Shown here: piece after piece, positions 1 through 9,159 of the stretch
Numbering within the stretch: position 1 is the first letter of the stretch
Layout: every line of letters starts with the position of its first letter
Assembly: GCA_964559315.1 (NCBI GenBank)
Contig: CAZLGL010000010.1
Location: forward strand, 7,624 to 71,623
DNA from: an uncultured Coxiellaceae bacterium
Lineage (GTDB): Bacteria; Pseudomonadota; Gammaproteobacteria; DASZBR01
Length of the DNA: 64,000 nucleotides
Direction of reading: 5' to 3'
Notes under the pieces: generated by a model
Database searches by the model: none
The model's input: only the letters and a program-made list of their open reading frames with translations
What the model was told of the DNA's origin: nothing
Made by a program: the position numbers and the translations under genes

Positions 1-1056
1 ACAGCATGCCAAAAAGGCAAAGATGAAAACGAAAAACCCCTTAATAGCGTTAAAATAAGTGTTCAATCTCAACAAATCGCAGGAATCCAAACGCGGATTC
101 TTGAGCTAAAAAGTGTGTCAAAAATAATTACAGCACCAGGTGAAGTGATTCCCAATGCTGATTTGTCGAGTACTGTAACTCCTCGTGTAAGTGCTCAAGT
201 TGTTAAGCGTTTAGTACAAGTAGGGCAAGTAATTAAAATAGGGCAGCCATTGGTAGTATTATCAAGTGTTGATATGGCTAAAGCACAGGGCGACGCATTA
301 ATGGCGGCCCAAGAATGGGAGCGTCTTAAACAATTAGGCAAAGAAGCAGTTTCTGCTAAAAGATACAATGAAGCAGAAATTAATTTTCAACATGTGAGTG
401 CTAAATTAATTGCGTATGGTATGACTTCTGATCAAGTTGATGCATTACTCAATTCCAAAGACTCTAAAAAAGCGACCGGCGAATTTGAGCTGCTTGCACC
501 TCGAGACGGGACAATTTTTAAAGCAAATGCTGCTGAAGGTGAAATTGTTGAACCGGGCAAACTTTTGTTTGATATTGTTAATGGTTCTGCCGTATGGATA
601 GATGCTAAATTATCTCCAGTTCAAGCCAAGCAAGTTTTGTTAAATTCATTAGCATGGATAAACATTGAACAACAAAAATTTTCTGGCAAAGTTATTCAAG
701 TGCATCCACAGCTAGATGAGACGACGCGAACTCAAACTATACGTATTGAAGTTCCTGATGCAAATAATAATTTACGTCCAGGTCAGTTTGTAGAATGCGA
801 AATTGCTGTTGGGCAAACTCCTCCTGTTCTTGCGGTACCCACTGAAGCCATTTTACGATCTGGAGACGGTGATGCGGTTATGTATGTTGAAATAAAGCCA
901 GATTATTTCCAACAACAAGAAATTAAACAAGTCGATACTATTGGAAATCAATCAATTATTGAGGGTATTAAACCTGGATCACGCGTTGTTACGAAAGGGG
1001 CTTTTTTTGTGCATTCAGAATTAAATAAAGGTGATATTCAAAGCCACGGACATTAA
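1..1056 (+). CDS. czcB: RND efflux periplasmic adaptor (membrane fusion protein), CzcB/CusB-like; 5' end outside window
   Basis: Frame 1 is open from base 1 (..VKISVQSQQIAGIQTRILELKSVSKIITAPGEV..), so the listed GTG at 115 is internal. HlyD-type segments are present (GQPLVVLSS, LLAPRDGTIF, IRIEVPDANNNLRPGQFV). The gene ends 15 nt upstream of an RND pump gene. Confidence 0.8.
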   Translation, partial: TACQKGKDENEKPLNSVKISVQSQQIAGIQTRILELKSVSKIITAPGEVIPNADLSSTVTPRVSAQVVKRLVQVGQVIKIGQPLVVLSSVDMAKAQGDALMAAQEWERLKQLGKEAVSAKRYNEAEINFQHVSAKLIAYGMTSDQVDALLNSKDSKKATGEFELLAPRDGTIFKANAAEGEIVEPGKLLFDIVNGSAVWIDAKLSPVQAKQVLLNSLAWINIEQQKFSGKVIQVHPQLDETTRTQTIRIEVPDANNNLRPGQFVECEIAVGQTPPVLAVPTEAILRSGDGDAVMYVEIKPDYFQQQEIKQVDTIGNQSIIEGIKPGSRVVTKGAFFVHSELNKGDIQSHGH

Positions 1057-1071
1057 TGAGCAGGATGCAAG

Positions 1072-4000
1072 ATGATAAATAAATTGATTGATTTCGCGGT
1101 TAATAACCGTCTCATGGTTGTTCTTGGTCTGCTGACTATTTTGGTCGCGAGTTTTTTCATATTACCTAAACTTAATTTAGATGCTTTCCCGGATGTCACT
1201 AATGTTCAAGTAACGATCAACACTGAAGCGGCAGGTCTTGCTGCAAAAGAAGTTGAGCAATTAATTACCTATCCTGTTGAAGCAGGAATGTATTCACTCG
1301 CAGATGTTCAAGAAGTGCGTTCTATTTCTAAAACTGGATTATCCGTTGTTACCGTAGTATTCAAAGACAATGTGAATATTTATTTTGCAAGGCAACAAGT
1401 TTTTGAACGTTTACAAGCAGCGCGAGCTGAAATGCAAGAAGATGTAGGAACTCCAGAAATTGGTCCTAACACATCTGGTTTAGGACAAATTTTTCAATAT
1501 ATTTTGCAGCCAGATGATCCTCAACAGTATGATCTGATGACGCTTCGCAGTATAAATGATTGGTTGGTAAAATTAATTTTAGCTCCTGGTGAAGGCGTGA
1601 CAGAGGTTTTATCTTTCGGTGGTGAGGTACGACAATATCAAGTGCAACTTAATCCTCGTCGTTTACTTGCATATAACTTGAATGCGGAAGAGGTTGTCAA
1701 TGCAGTTAAAGCAAATAATCGAAATGCAGGTGGATGGTATGTGGATCGTGGCGCTGAACAATATGTTGTACGTGGTGAGGGTTGGGTACGCAGTGGCGAA
1801 AAAGGACTACAAGATATTGCAAATATTCCGCTTAAAAATGAGGATGGCACTGTTGTTCGCGTAAGAGATGTAGCACACGTCGCATATGGTAGTGAAATAC
1901 GTCAAGGAGCTGTGACCATTACCACGCGAGATGTAAAAGGCAAACCACAAGTACTAAATGAAGTTGTTACAGGTCTCATTTTAAAACGAATTGGTGCTAA
2001 TACCAAAGCTACTATTGATGGTATTAAAGAGCGATTACCTTTAATTCAGAAAGCTTTACCCCAAGGTGTAAAAATTACCCCAATTTACGATCAAACAGCT
2101 TTAATTGATAAAGCTGTTAATACCATGGTTAAAGCATTGCTTGAAGCATTTGGCCTCATCCTTGTTATTCTTTTTCTTTTTTTAATGAATTTACGTGCAA
2201 CTTTTTTGGTTTTACTTTCAATTCCTATTTCAATAATTGTTGCATTAATGATGATGGCCTATTGGGGAATTTCTGCTAATTTAATGTCATTGGGAGGATT
2301 AACTATCGCTATCGGAATGATGGTGGATGGCTCTGTCGTCATGATGGAAAATATTTTTAAACATTTAATTCATCCTGATGCCGCACATGAAAGTTATGTT
2401 CAAAAATTTGTAGCACCAGGTGATCCTGATCCACATGCCATTGGTGAAAATCATGTGGGTGGAATCCCCCTTAGAATTCAAGAAGCCGCACGAGAAGTCG
2501 CACGACCAGTTTTTTTCGCCGTATTAATTATCATGGTTGTCTTTGGGCCTTTGTTTAGTCTACAAGGTGTCGAAGGTAAGCTTTTTCACCCTATGGCTCA
2601 AAGCATTATGTTGGCTATGTCTATGTCACTCATAGCCGCCTTAATCATCGTTCCTGCACTTGCTACCTATCTTTTCAAAAATGGATTAAAGCATCGAGAA
2701 AGCTATATATTTTCTCCTATTAAACTGTTTTATGAGCGTTCACTCGACGCAGCTTTAAAAATACCCAAGAAAATCACGATGATAGCGATAGTGCTATTGC
2801 TTACTGCATTAATTATTGCACCCTTTCTAGGAACAGAGTTTGTCCCTGAATTGGAAGAAGGCACATTGAATATTCGTGTAACATTAGCTTCTTCTGCAAG
2901 TTTAGACACAGCGATTGCAGTATCTAAAACGCTCGAACAACAGTTAATGACATTTCCTGAAATAATTTCTGCGTCGAGTCGCGTGGGCCGTCCTGAATTG
3001 GGAGGAGATCCGGAACCTGTATCTAATATTGAAATAATAGCTAACTTGAAACCTGTTTCTAAATGGAAAACTGCAAATAACCGTCAACAACTTCAGGCTT
3101 TAATTGAGAAAAAATTATCGACTTATCCAGGACTACTCTTTTCGTTCTCACAACCGATTGCAAGTCGAGTTGATGAATTACTGTCAGGTGTAAAAGCACC
3201 TTTAGCGGTAAAATTATTTGGTCCTGATTTAAGTGTATTGGAGACTCAAGGTAAAGCCATTGAAAACATAGTAAAAAATACAAAAGGAATGCGATCGGTT
3301 GCAATGGAACCTATTACGGGAGAAGCACAGCTAGTCATTACTCCCAATCGTGAAGCAGTGATGCGCTACGGTATTTCGGTTGCACAAGTCATGGCTCTAG
3401 TATCAAACTCTATCGGGGGTGAAAAAGCAGGACAAGTTATTAGTGGAAATGAGCGTTATGACATCTACGTACGTCTTGCTAAACCGTATCGTGACAATTT
3501 GCAGGCAATTGAAGATTTAATTTTAAAAGCACCCAATGGAGCCTGGGTAAGATTAGGCGATGTTGCCAGCGTTAAGTTGGAATCTGGTCCTCCCCAAATT
3601 CGACGCGATAATATTCAACGACGGATTGTGATTCAAGCCAATATTGAAGGACGTGATATGGGTGGTGCCGTTAAGGAAATTAGACAAAAAATTAATTCTC
3701 AGCTAAAGCTTCCAAGTGGTTACACGGTGACGTACGGAGGCCAATTTGAAAATCAACAACGTGCCCAAGCACGATTAATGATTGTCGTGCCATTGTCGTT
3801 GGCACTTATTTTTTTATTACTCTATTTTGCCTTTAATTCAGTTCCTCAAGCATTATTGATTATGCTGAATGTTCCGCTTGCCTTGATTGGCGGGGTTTTT
3901 GCCTTGTTTATTTCGGGTCAATATTTATCAGTGCCGAGCTCAATTGGATTCATTGCTTTGTTTGGTATTGCGGTTTTGAATGGTATTGTTTTAGTCAATG

Positions 4001-4272
4001 CGATTAATCAAAAAATTGAAGGGGGGATTCCGTGGCAACGCGCAGTGTTTGAAGGTTCTGTTTCGAGATTAAGACCCGTATTAATGACCGCACTTATTGC
4101 AGCGCTGGGCTTAATCCCGATGTTGTTAGCTAGGGGTGTAGGATCAGAAATTCAACGACCGTTAGCAACCGTTGTAATTGGAGGCTTGCTATCGTCTACA
4201 CTTCTTACTTTATTTGTATTACCAACACTTTTCGCTTTCTTTTCAAAAGACAAAATAAATGGAAGTAAGTAA
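1072..4272 (+). CDS. czcA: Heavy-metal efflux RND inner-membrane pump (HME family, CzcA-like)
   Basis: 1066-aa ORF. N-terminus is MINKLIDFAVNNRLMVV..LDAFPDVTNVQV; C-terminus is RPLATVVIGGLLSSTLLTLFVLPTLF. Two large periplasmic loops and multiple TM blocks fit the RND layout. Confidence 0.9.
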   Translation: MINKLIDFAVNNRLMVVLGLLTILVASFFILPKLNLDAFPDVTNVQVTINTEAAGLAAKEVEQLITYPVEAGMYSLADVQEVRSISKTGLSVVTVVFKDNVNIYFARQQVFERLQAARAEMQEDVGTPEIGPNTSGLGQIFQYILQPDDPQQYDLMTLRSINDWLVKLILAPGEGVTEVLSFGGEVRQYQVQLNPRRLLAYNLNAEEVVNAVKANNRNAGGWYVDRGAEQYVVRGEGWVRSGEKGLQDIANIPLKNEDGTVVRVRDVAHVAYGSEIRQGAVTITTRDVKGKPQVLNEVVTGLILKRIGANTKATIDGIKERLPLIQKALPQGVKITPIYDQTALIDKAVNTMVKALLEAFGLILVILFLFLMNLRATFLVLLSIPISIIVALMMMAYWGISANLMSLGGLTIAIGMMVDGSVVMMENIFKHLIHPDAAHESYVQKFVAPGDPDPHAIGENHVGGIPLRIQEAAREVARPVFFAVLIIMVVFGPLFSLQGVEGKLFHPMAQSIMLAMSMSLIAALIIVPALATYLFKNGLKHRESYIFSPIKLFYERSLDAALKIPKKITMIAIVLLLTALIIAPFLGTEFVPELEEGTLNIRVTLASSASLDTAIAVSKTLEQQLMTFPEIISASSRVGRPELGGDPEPVSNIEIIANLKPVSKWKTANNRQQLQALIEKKLSTYPGLLFSFSQPIASRVDELLSGVKAPLAVKLFGPDLSVLETQGKAIENIVKNTKGMRSVAMEPITGEAQLVITPNREAVMRYGISVAQVMALVSNSIGGEKAGQVISGNERYDIYVRLAKPYRDNLQAIEDLILKAPNGAWVRLGDVASVKLESGPPQIRRDNIQRRIVIQANIEGRDMGGAVKEIRQKINSQLKLPSGYTVTYGGQFENQQRAQARLMIVVPLSLALIFLLLYFAFNSVPQALLIMLNVPLALIGGVFALFISGQYLSVPSSIGFIALFGIAVLNGIVLVNAINQKIEGGIPWQRAVFEGSVSRLRPVLMTALIAALGLIPMLLARGVGSEIQRPLATVVIGGLLSSTLLTLFVLPTLFAFFSKDKINGSK

Positions 4273-4302
4273 GATTTTTTTAATTGAAATGAAAAGGACG
4301 TC

Positions 4303-5217
4303 ATGAGTATTGAACGTAATCTTTCGCACTCAAATTTTAAACTAAAAAAAGAAAGCTCTCTTTTATTCGCGGTGATATTAACGCTTACTTTTCTTATCGT
4401 AGAAGTTGCAGGCGGGTTGATTACTGGCAGTCTTGCTTTAATCTCCGATGCGGCGCACATGTTAACCGACGTTACTGCGCTAGCTATTGCTTTTTTTGCT
4501 ATAAAAATTGCTCAACGTCCAGCAGATTCACTCAGAACATTCGGCTATTACAGATTTGAAATTTTAGCTGCTGCATTTAATACGATACTTTTATTTTTGG
4601 TGGCAATTTATATTTTATATGAAGCCTATCAACGGTTAAATTACCCACCAGAAATACACTCTATGGGAATGTTAATTATTGCTACAATCGGACTAGGTGT
4701 AAATTTGGCATCAATGCGTTTGTTAACTGCAAGTAACGATAAAAGTCTCAACATGAGGGGTGCTTATCTTGAGGTGTGGAGTGATATGGTGGGATCCTTA
4801 AGTGTCATCATCGGGGCTTTAATTATCCGCTTTACCGGATGGGCATGGGTTGATTCCATTATTGCTGTGTTAATCGGTTTATGGATTTTACCTCGCACAT
4901 GGATTTTGCTTAAGGAAAGTATAAATGTGTTACTAGAAGGAGTTCCGGAAAATATAGATTTAAAAAAATTGAAGCAAGCCCTTTTTACTGTTAATGGGGT
5001 ATTAGATGTTCATGAGCTTCATGTGTGGGCTATTACAACTGACAGAATCAGTTTAACTGCCCACGTCATAATTGACTCAAAACGTGATTGCGAAACTATT
5101 TTAATTAAACTGCGTAGACTTTTATCACAACAATTCAATATTGCACACACCACATTCCAACATGAAAAAACACATTGTTCTAAAGAAGGTGAAAAGTGTG
5201 ATTTTTTACACTCTTAA
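4303..5217 (+). CDS. czcD: Cation diffusion facilitator (CzcD/ZitB-like Zn/Co/Cd efflux)
   Basis: Shows GSLALISDAAHMLTDV and FGYYRFEILAAAFN TM motifs and a C-terminal cytoplasmic domain with HELHVWAIT. Lies directly downstream of czcA. Confidence 0.85.
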   Translation: MSIERNLSHSNFKLKKESSLLFAVILTLTFLIVEVAGGLITGSLALISDAAHMLTDVTALAIAFFAIKIAQRPADSLRTFGYYRFEILAAAFNTILLFLVAIYILYEAYQRLNYPPEIHSMGMLIIATIGLGVNLASMRLLTASNDKSLNMRGAYLEVWSDMVGSLSVIIGALIIRFTGWAWVDSIIAVLIGLWILPRTWILLKESINVLLEGVPENIDLKKLKQALFTVNGVLDVHELHVWAITTDRISLTAHVIIDSKRDCETILIKLRRLLSQQFNIAHTTFQHEKTHCSKEGEKCDFLHS

Positions 5218-5273
5218 ATTAAATTTATTTGCAGAATACAAATTTTTGTTTCTAATGATCTGGAGGAAACGCC

Positions 5274-5963
5274 ATGAAAAAAACATTTATTATCATCACT
5301 GTCGTCACACTAGCAGTTTTAGGTTTTATTGCTACGGGACACTTTTATAAAAAAGCACAGCCGCAAAGCACTATTGAAAACTCAACGACAATTGCTGTAC
5401 AAGCTGCAACGAATACCGAGGATAATTCGCTCGTACGGCCACATTCGCCTATCATTGGTCGGGCTGATGCACCCATAACAATTGTGGAGTTTCTGGATCC
5501 ATCGTGTGAAAGCTGCCGAGAGGTATTTCCCCGCGTCCATAAAATCTTGAAAACATATCCAAACGACGTCCGCCTGGTGGTACGTTATGCAGCTTTTCAC
5601 CGAGGATCTGACGTTGCAATTAGCATTTTAGAGGCCGCTAGAAAGCAAAATATGTTTGAAAATGTGCTGGCGGCTTTATTTGAAAAACAACGTTATTGGG
5701 CTACACATCCCGTGCCAAATTTAAATAGGGCTTGGGATATTGCAGAGGCTGCCGGTTTGAATATTCAGAGGGCGAAAGTAGATGCTGCAAGCCCAGAAGT
5801 CATAAAAATACTTAAGCAGGATGCAGCAGATATTAAAACTAACAATATTCGCGGTACACCTGCATTTTTCGTAAACGGCAAGCCCGTTCTTGTGCATGGC
5901 CCTACCGCATTAAGCGATATGGTAAATGGCGCTGTACAGGAAAATAAAAAAGAACGATCATAG
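5274..5963 (+). CDS. DsbA-family thiol:disulfide oxidoreductase, membrane-anchored or secreted
   Basis: N-terminal hydrophobic anchor MKKTFIIITVVTLAVLGFI. Thioredoxin-fold active site FLDPSCESCRE (CxxC). C-terminal GTPAFFVNGK is typical of the DsbA family. Confidence 0.8.
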   Translation: MKKTFIIITVVTLAVLGFIATGHFYKKAQPQSTIENSTTIAVQAATNTEDNSLVRPHSPIIGRADAPITIVEFLDPSCESCREVFPRVHKILKTYPNDVRLVVRYAAFHRGSDVAISILEAARKQNMFENVLAALFEKQRYWATHPVPNLNRAWDIAEAAGLNIQRAKVDAASPEVIKILKQDAADIKTNNIRGTPAFFVNGKPVLVHGPTALSDMVNGAVQENKKERS

Positions 5964-6110
5964 TGATCGATATTAGGACTTGTGCCAAATAACTTCATTT
6001 GACCAACCCAGTTTGTATTCGATAAACCTTTCTTATTGTTTATTATTGGGCGGTGTAACATATGCCTTTGTGAATGAAGGAAGTTTGATTTCACTGAGGT
6101 TTTTTCCAAC

Positions 6111-6260
6111 TATATATTAAGTAGCGATTCAGAAATCACGCGTCTTGTTGCAACGCCGATGATTAGTGGAATGAATAGTGATACGTTATTAACGTTAATT
6201 GTTATTCCTGCAGTTTATTTTTTGTGGAAGCAAAAATTTTTATTAAAGGGGGGAAGTTAA
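6111..6260 (+). pseudogene. 3'-terminal stump of a CusA-like RND pump gene (last ~50 codons only)
   Basis: The frame with codons starting at 6111 reads YILSSDSEITRLVATPMISGMNSDTLLTLIVIPAVYFLWKQKFLLKGGS*. This matches the extreme C-terminus of CusA-type pumps (..GSEVMSRIAAPMIGGM..LLSLFIIPAAY..W..) recalled from E. coli CusA. A stop codon at 6075 closes the frame upstream and no pump body is present. Confidence 0.6.
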
Positions 6261-6262
6261 AG

Positions 6263-6532
6263 ATGAGCGTAAAGAGACGCAGTGCAATTATTACAGCGAT
6301 TGTTGCGGGTTTAATGTCAAATGCAAGTTATGCGGATACATCTGCTATGTCTGGTGGTGCAATTCCAACGGCTGCTGTGCATTGTATGGGCATTAATAGC
6401 TGTAAAGGTATGGGGTCATGTAAAACAGCAACAAATGCTTGTAAAGGAATGAATTCCTGCAAAGGAAAAGGAATAATGAATACGACCACAGCTAAAGACT
6501 GTACCGACAAAGGTGGTACGGTTGTTCAATAG
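6263..6532 (+). CDS. Secreted 6-Cys peptide, bufferin-like (BufA2/DUF2282-superfamily-like) precursor, copy 1
   Basis: ATG at 6263 follows AAGGGGGGAAG (the GTG at 6224 in the ORF track is unlikely). Signal peptide is MSVKRRSAIITAIVAGLMSNASYA. The core is VHCMGINSCKGMGSCKTATNACKGMNSCKGKG..DCTDKGGTVVQ. It is a paralog of the ORF at 10014. Confidence 0.6.
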   Translation: MSVKRRSAIITAIVAGLMSNASYADTSAMSGGAIPTAAVHCMGINSCKGMGSCKTATNACKGMNSCKGKGIMNTTTAKDCTDKGGTVVQ

Positions 6533-6788
6533 TGTTTTGCAATTAACTACGGAACTTAAGCTAAGCCTCGTAGTTAACCTTGCCATTGGCATGTTGTAAT
6601 TTTCAGTTGAGAGGGATTCTCTTGTTTTTTCAATCTGATCTGATTTAGAAGATAAAATCTGGTTCGTAAAATTTGTGCATTACTAACATTGCTCGTTGTT
6701 TCCGCTATATCTTTTTTATGGGAACAGTATTTTATTCAACAGAAGGGACCCACCCATTAGTACCTGTGAATGTCATCAAGTGGAAGCG

Positions 6789-8939
6789 TTAACGAAGTGA
6801 AAAATTCTGTATACCATCACCAAAGTGTAACAATCTTAATCCATTAAACACCACTAATAAACTTGCACCCATATCAGCAAATACTGCCATCCATAGTGTT
6901 GCAAATCCAAATAGAGCTAAAATGAAAAATATTGCTTTAATTCCTATTGACAGGCTTATGTTTTCAATCAGTTTGCGCCGAGTGCGTCGGCTAAGTGCAA
7001 CAAAAAATGGTAGCTTAATAAGGTCATCTTCCATCAAGGCAACATCTGCTGTTTCAAGTGCAATATCCGTTCCTGCGTGACCCATAGCAAACCCAATAGA
7101 GGCTTTAGCAAGGGCGGGAGCATCATTAATTCCATCGCCTACCATACCTACTGCGCTATATTTTTTTAAAAGAATATCAATAGCAGATAATTTGTCTTGA
7201 GGGAGTAAATTGGCTCGTATATTATCAATGCCGACTATTTTTGCGATAGCCTTTGCAGTAGTGGGATTATCTCCTGTGATCATTACGGTTGTGATACCTA
7301 GTTTATGAAGCCATTCAATAGCTGCTACACTTGTTTTTCTTACGGTATCTGTCACAGCTAATATGCCAAGTACTTTTTCTTGATTACCTAATACAATTGT
7401 TGTTTTTCCTTCGAGTTCTAATTTTTTTAAAATAGATTCTATTTTGGCGATGCATACTTTTTTCTCTTCAGCAAAATGATGATTACCTAAAAAATAAGGT
7501 TGGTCATTAATATTGCCTATAATTCCTCGGCCTGGGATAGTTTCAAAGTGCTCTACTGTTAATAAATTTTCTTTTGACGATAAAATTTTCCATTTGTTTA
7601 AAACAGCTCCTGCTACGGGATGTTCGGAATGTGATTCAAGACTAGCCGCAAGATGTAATAAAGTGTTTTCTGAAATTTCTGATAATTGCATGATATCCGT
7701 GACTATTGGTTTGCCAATAGTTAATGTTCCCGTTTTATCAAAAGCAATGGCCTTAAGTTTGTTCCCTAACTCTAAATAAGTGCCACCTTTAATTAAAACA
7801 CCATGTTTTGCTCCTGCGGCTAAACCACTCACAATAGTGACAGGAGTTGAAATCACTAGCGCACAGGGACAAGCAATAACTAAAAGCACTAGCGCTTTAT
7901 AAAACCATGGGTAAAATGGCAAGCTCAATAATAGTGTTGGGAGGGTTGCTACTAATACTGCTAATAAAACCATTATAGGAGTGTAGTATTTAGCAAACTG
8001 ATCAACAAATCTTTGGGTAGGTGCGCGTTCTGACTGAGCTTGTTGTACCGCTTTGATAATTTTTGCAATGAGTGTTTCATTGATTTCTGCGGTGACTTTA
8101 AATTCAAATGATCCACGTTCGTTAATTGATCCCGCAAACACGGTGTCACCTTCTTTTTTTTCTACAGGGATGGATTCTCCTGTGATAGGTGCTTGATTGA
8201 TACTGGATTGGCCTTTGGTAACTCTGCCATCGATAGGAATACGTTCTCCTGGTTTTACCCAGATAATATTATTTAATTGAACCTCATTAACTGGTTTAAC
8301 TTGCCATCCGTCTTTTGCTGTTTTCACTGTTGCAAAATCTGGAGTGATTTCCATTAATTGCCGAATAGCATGACGAGCCTTATCTAAAGAATAGCTTTCA
8401 ATCATTTCAGCTAGCGCAAAGAGAAAGGTCACCATCGCAGCTTCTGGCCATTCACCGATAATCATTGCGCCAATGATGGCTACCGTCATTAAAAAATTCA
8501 TATTGAGAGTAAAATAGCGTACCGCTTTGATTCCCTTGATGACGGTACTGTGGCCACCGATTAAGATTGAGGATAAGGCTAAAATAATAATTAAAGGAGA
8601 ATTTTCAGCGTGGGTAAGATAAGTGGATACTTCTGCAATAATGGCAAGCGCGCCCGAAACGCCCAATATAATCCAATCACGGAAATTTACATTTGACTGA
8701 AGTAAGTCGAGACTTTTCTTGGTATAGGAACCATTTTTAATTTCGGCTTTCATTCCTATTGAAATCAATGCTTGTTGAATCGCATTTACTTCAACATCTT
8801 GGTAGGTAACTGTTAATTCTTGTTTGATAAAGTTGAAATTTAATTCTAAAATTCCTGGTAAAGAGCTTAGATGATTTTTGATTGTTTTTTCTTCTGTTGG
8901 GCAATCCATTTGCGGTATTTGGAAGATGACTGTAGCCAT
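6789..8939 (-). CDS. P1B-2-type heavy-metal ATPase (Zn/Cd/Pb, ZntA/CadA-like)
   Basis: Motifs: CPC (VIACPCALVISTP), [17 protein letters not shown], and TM8 ADMGASLLVVFNGLRLL (the DxG signature of Zn-type pumps). The N-terminal metal-binding domain has IPQMDCPTEE. The probable start is Met at 8939 (MATVIFQ); the ORF-track extension to 9029 is unsupported. Confidence 0.85.
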   Translation of the reverse strand: MATVIFQIPQMDCPTEEKTIKNHLSSLPGILELNFNFIKQELTVTYQDVEVNAIQQALISIGMKAEIKNGSYTKKSLDLLQSNVNFRDWIILGVSGALAIIAEVSTYLTHAENSPLIIILALSSILIGGHSTVIKGIKAVRYFTLNMNFLMTVAIIGAMIIGEWPEAAMVTFLFALAEMIESYSLDKARHAIRQLMEITPDFATVKTAKDGWQVKPVNEVQLNNIIWVKPGERIPIDGRVTKGQSSINQAPITGESIPVEKKEGDTVFAGSINERGSFEFKVTAEINETLIAKIIKAVQQAQSERAPTQRFVDQFAKYYTPIMVLLAVLVATLPTLLLSLPFYPWFYKALVLLVIACPCALVISTPVTIVSGLAAGAKHGVLIKGGTYLELGNKLKAIAFDKTGTLTIGKPIVTDIMQLSEISENTLLHLAASLESHSEHPVAGAVLNKWKILSSKENLLTVEHFETIPGRGIIGNINDQPYFLGNHHFAEEKKVCIAKIESILKKLELEGKTTIVLGNQEKVLGILAVTDTVRKTSVAAIEWLHKLGITTVMITGDNPTTAKAIAKIVGIDNIRANLLPQDKLSAIDILLKKYSAVGMVGDGINDAPALAKASIGFAMGHAGTDIALETADVALMEDDLIKLPFFVALSRRTRRKLIENISLSIGIKAIFFILALFGFATLWMAVFADMGASLLVVFNGLRLLHFGDGIQNFSLR

Positions 8940-9159
8940 ATCACGCCCTCTAAAGTTAGTTGCTAAGCCACAGCTTACCTTTACGATACCCTTTATTAAG
9001 TGTAATTGATGAGCGATGAGCATAGCCATTTAAATTTTAAAATGAGCAAGGAAAGATCAGGTTAGCTTGCTTTGATAGAGTGATGCTAAAAAAGCTGAAC
9101 AAAATTAACGCACCACCCTAAGTAGAGTTCATTTTTTGTTCAACGAGCCCAATTTTTAT

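Noticed and set aside
8940-9029. N-terminal extension of the Zn-type ATPase ORF (30 extra codons)
   Set aside because: The HMA-like domain begins right after Met-31 (MATVIFQIPQMDCP). The upstream residues look like translated promoter DNA.
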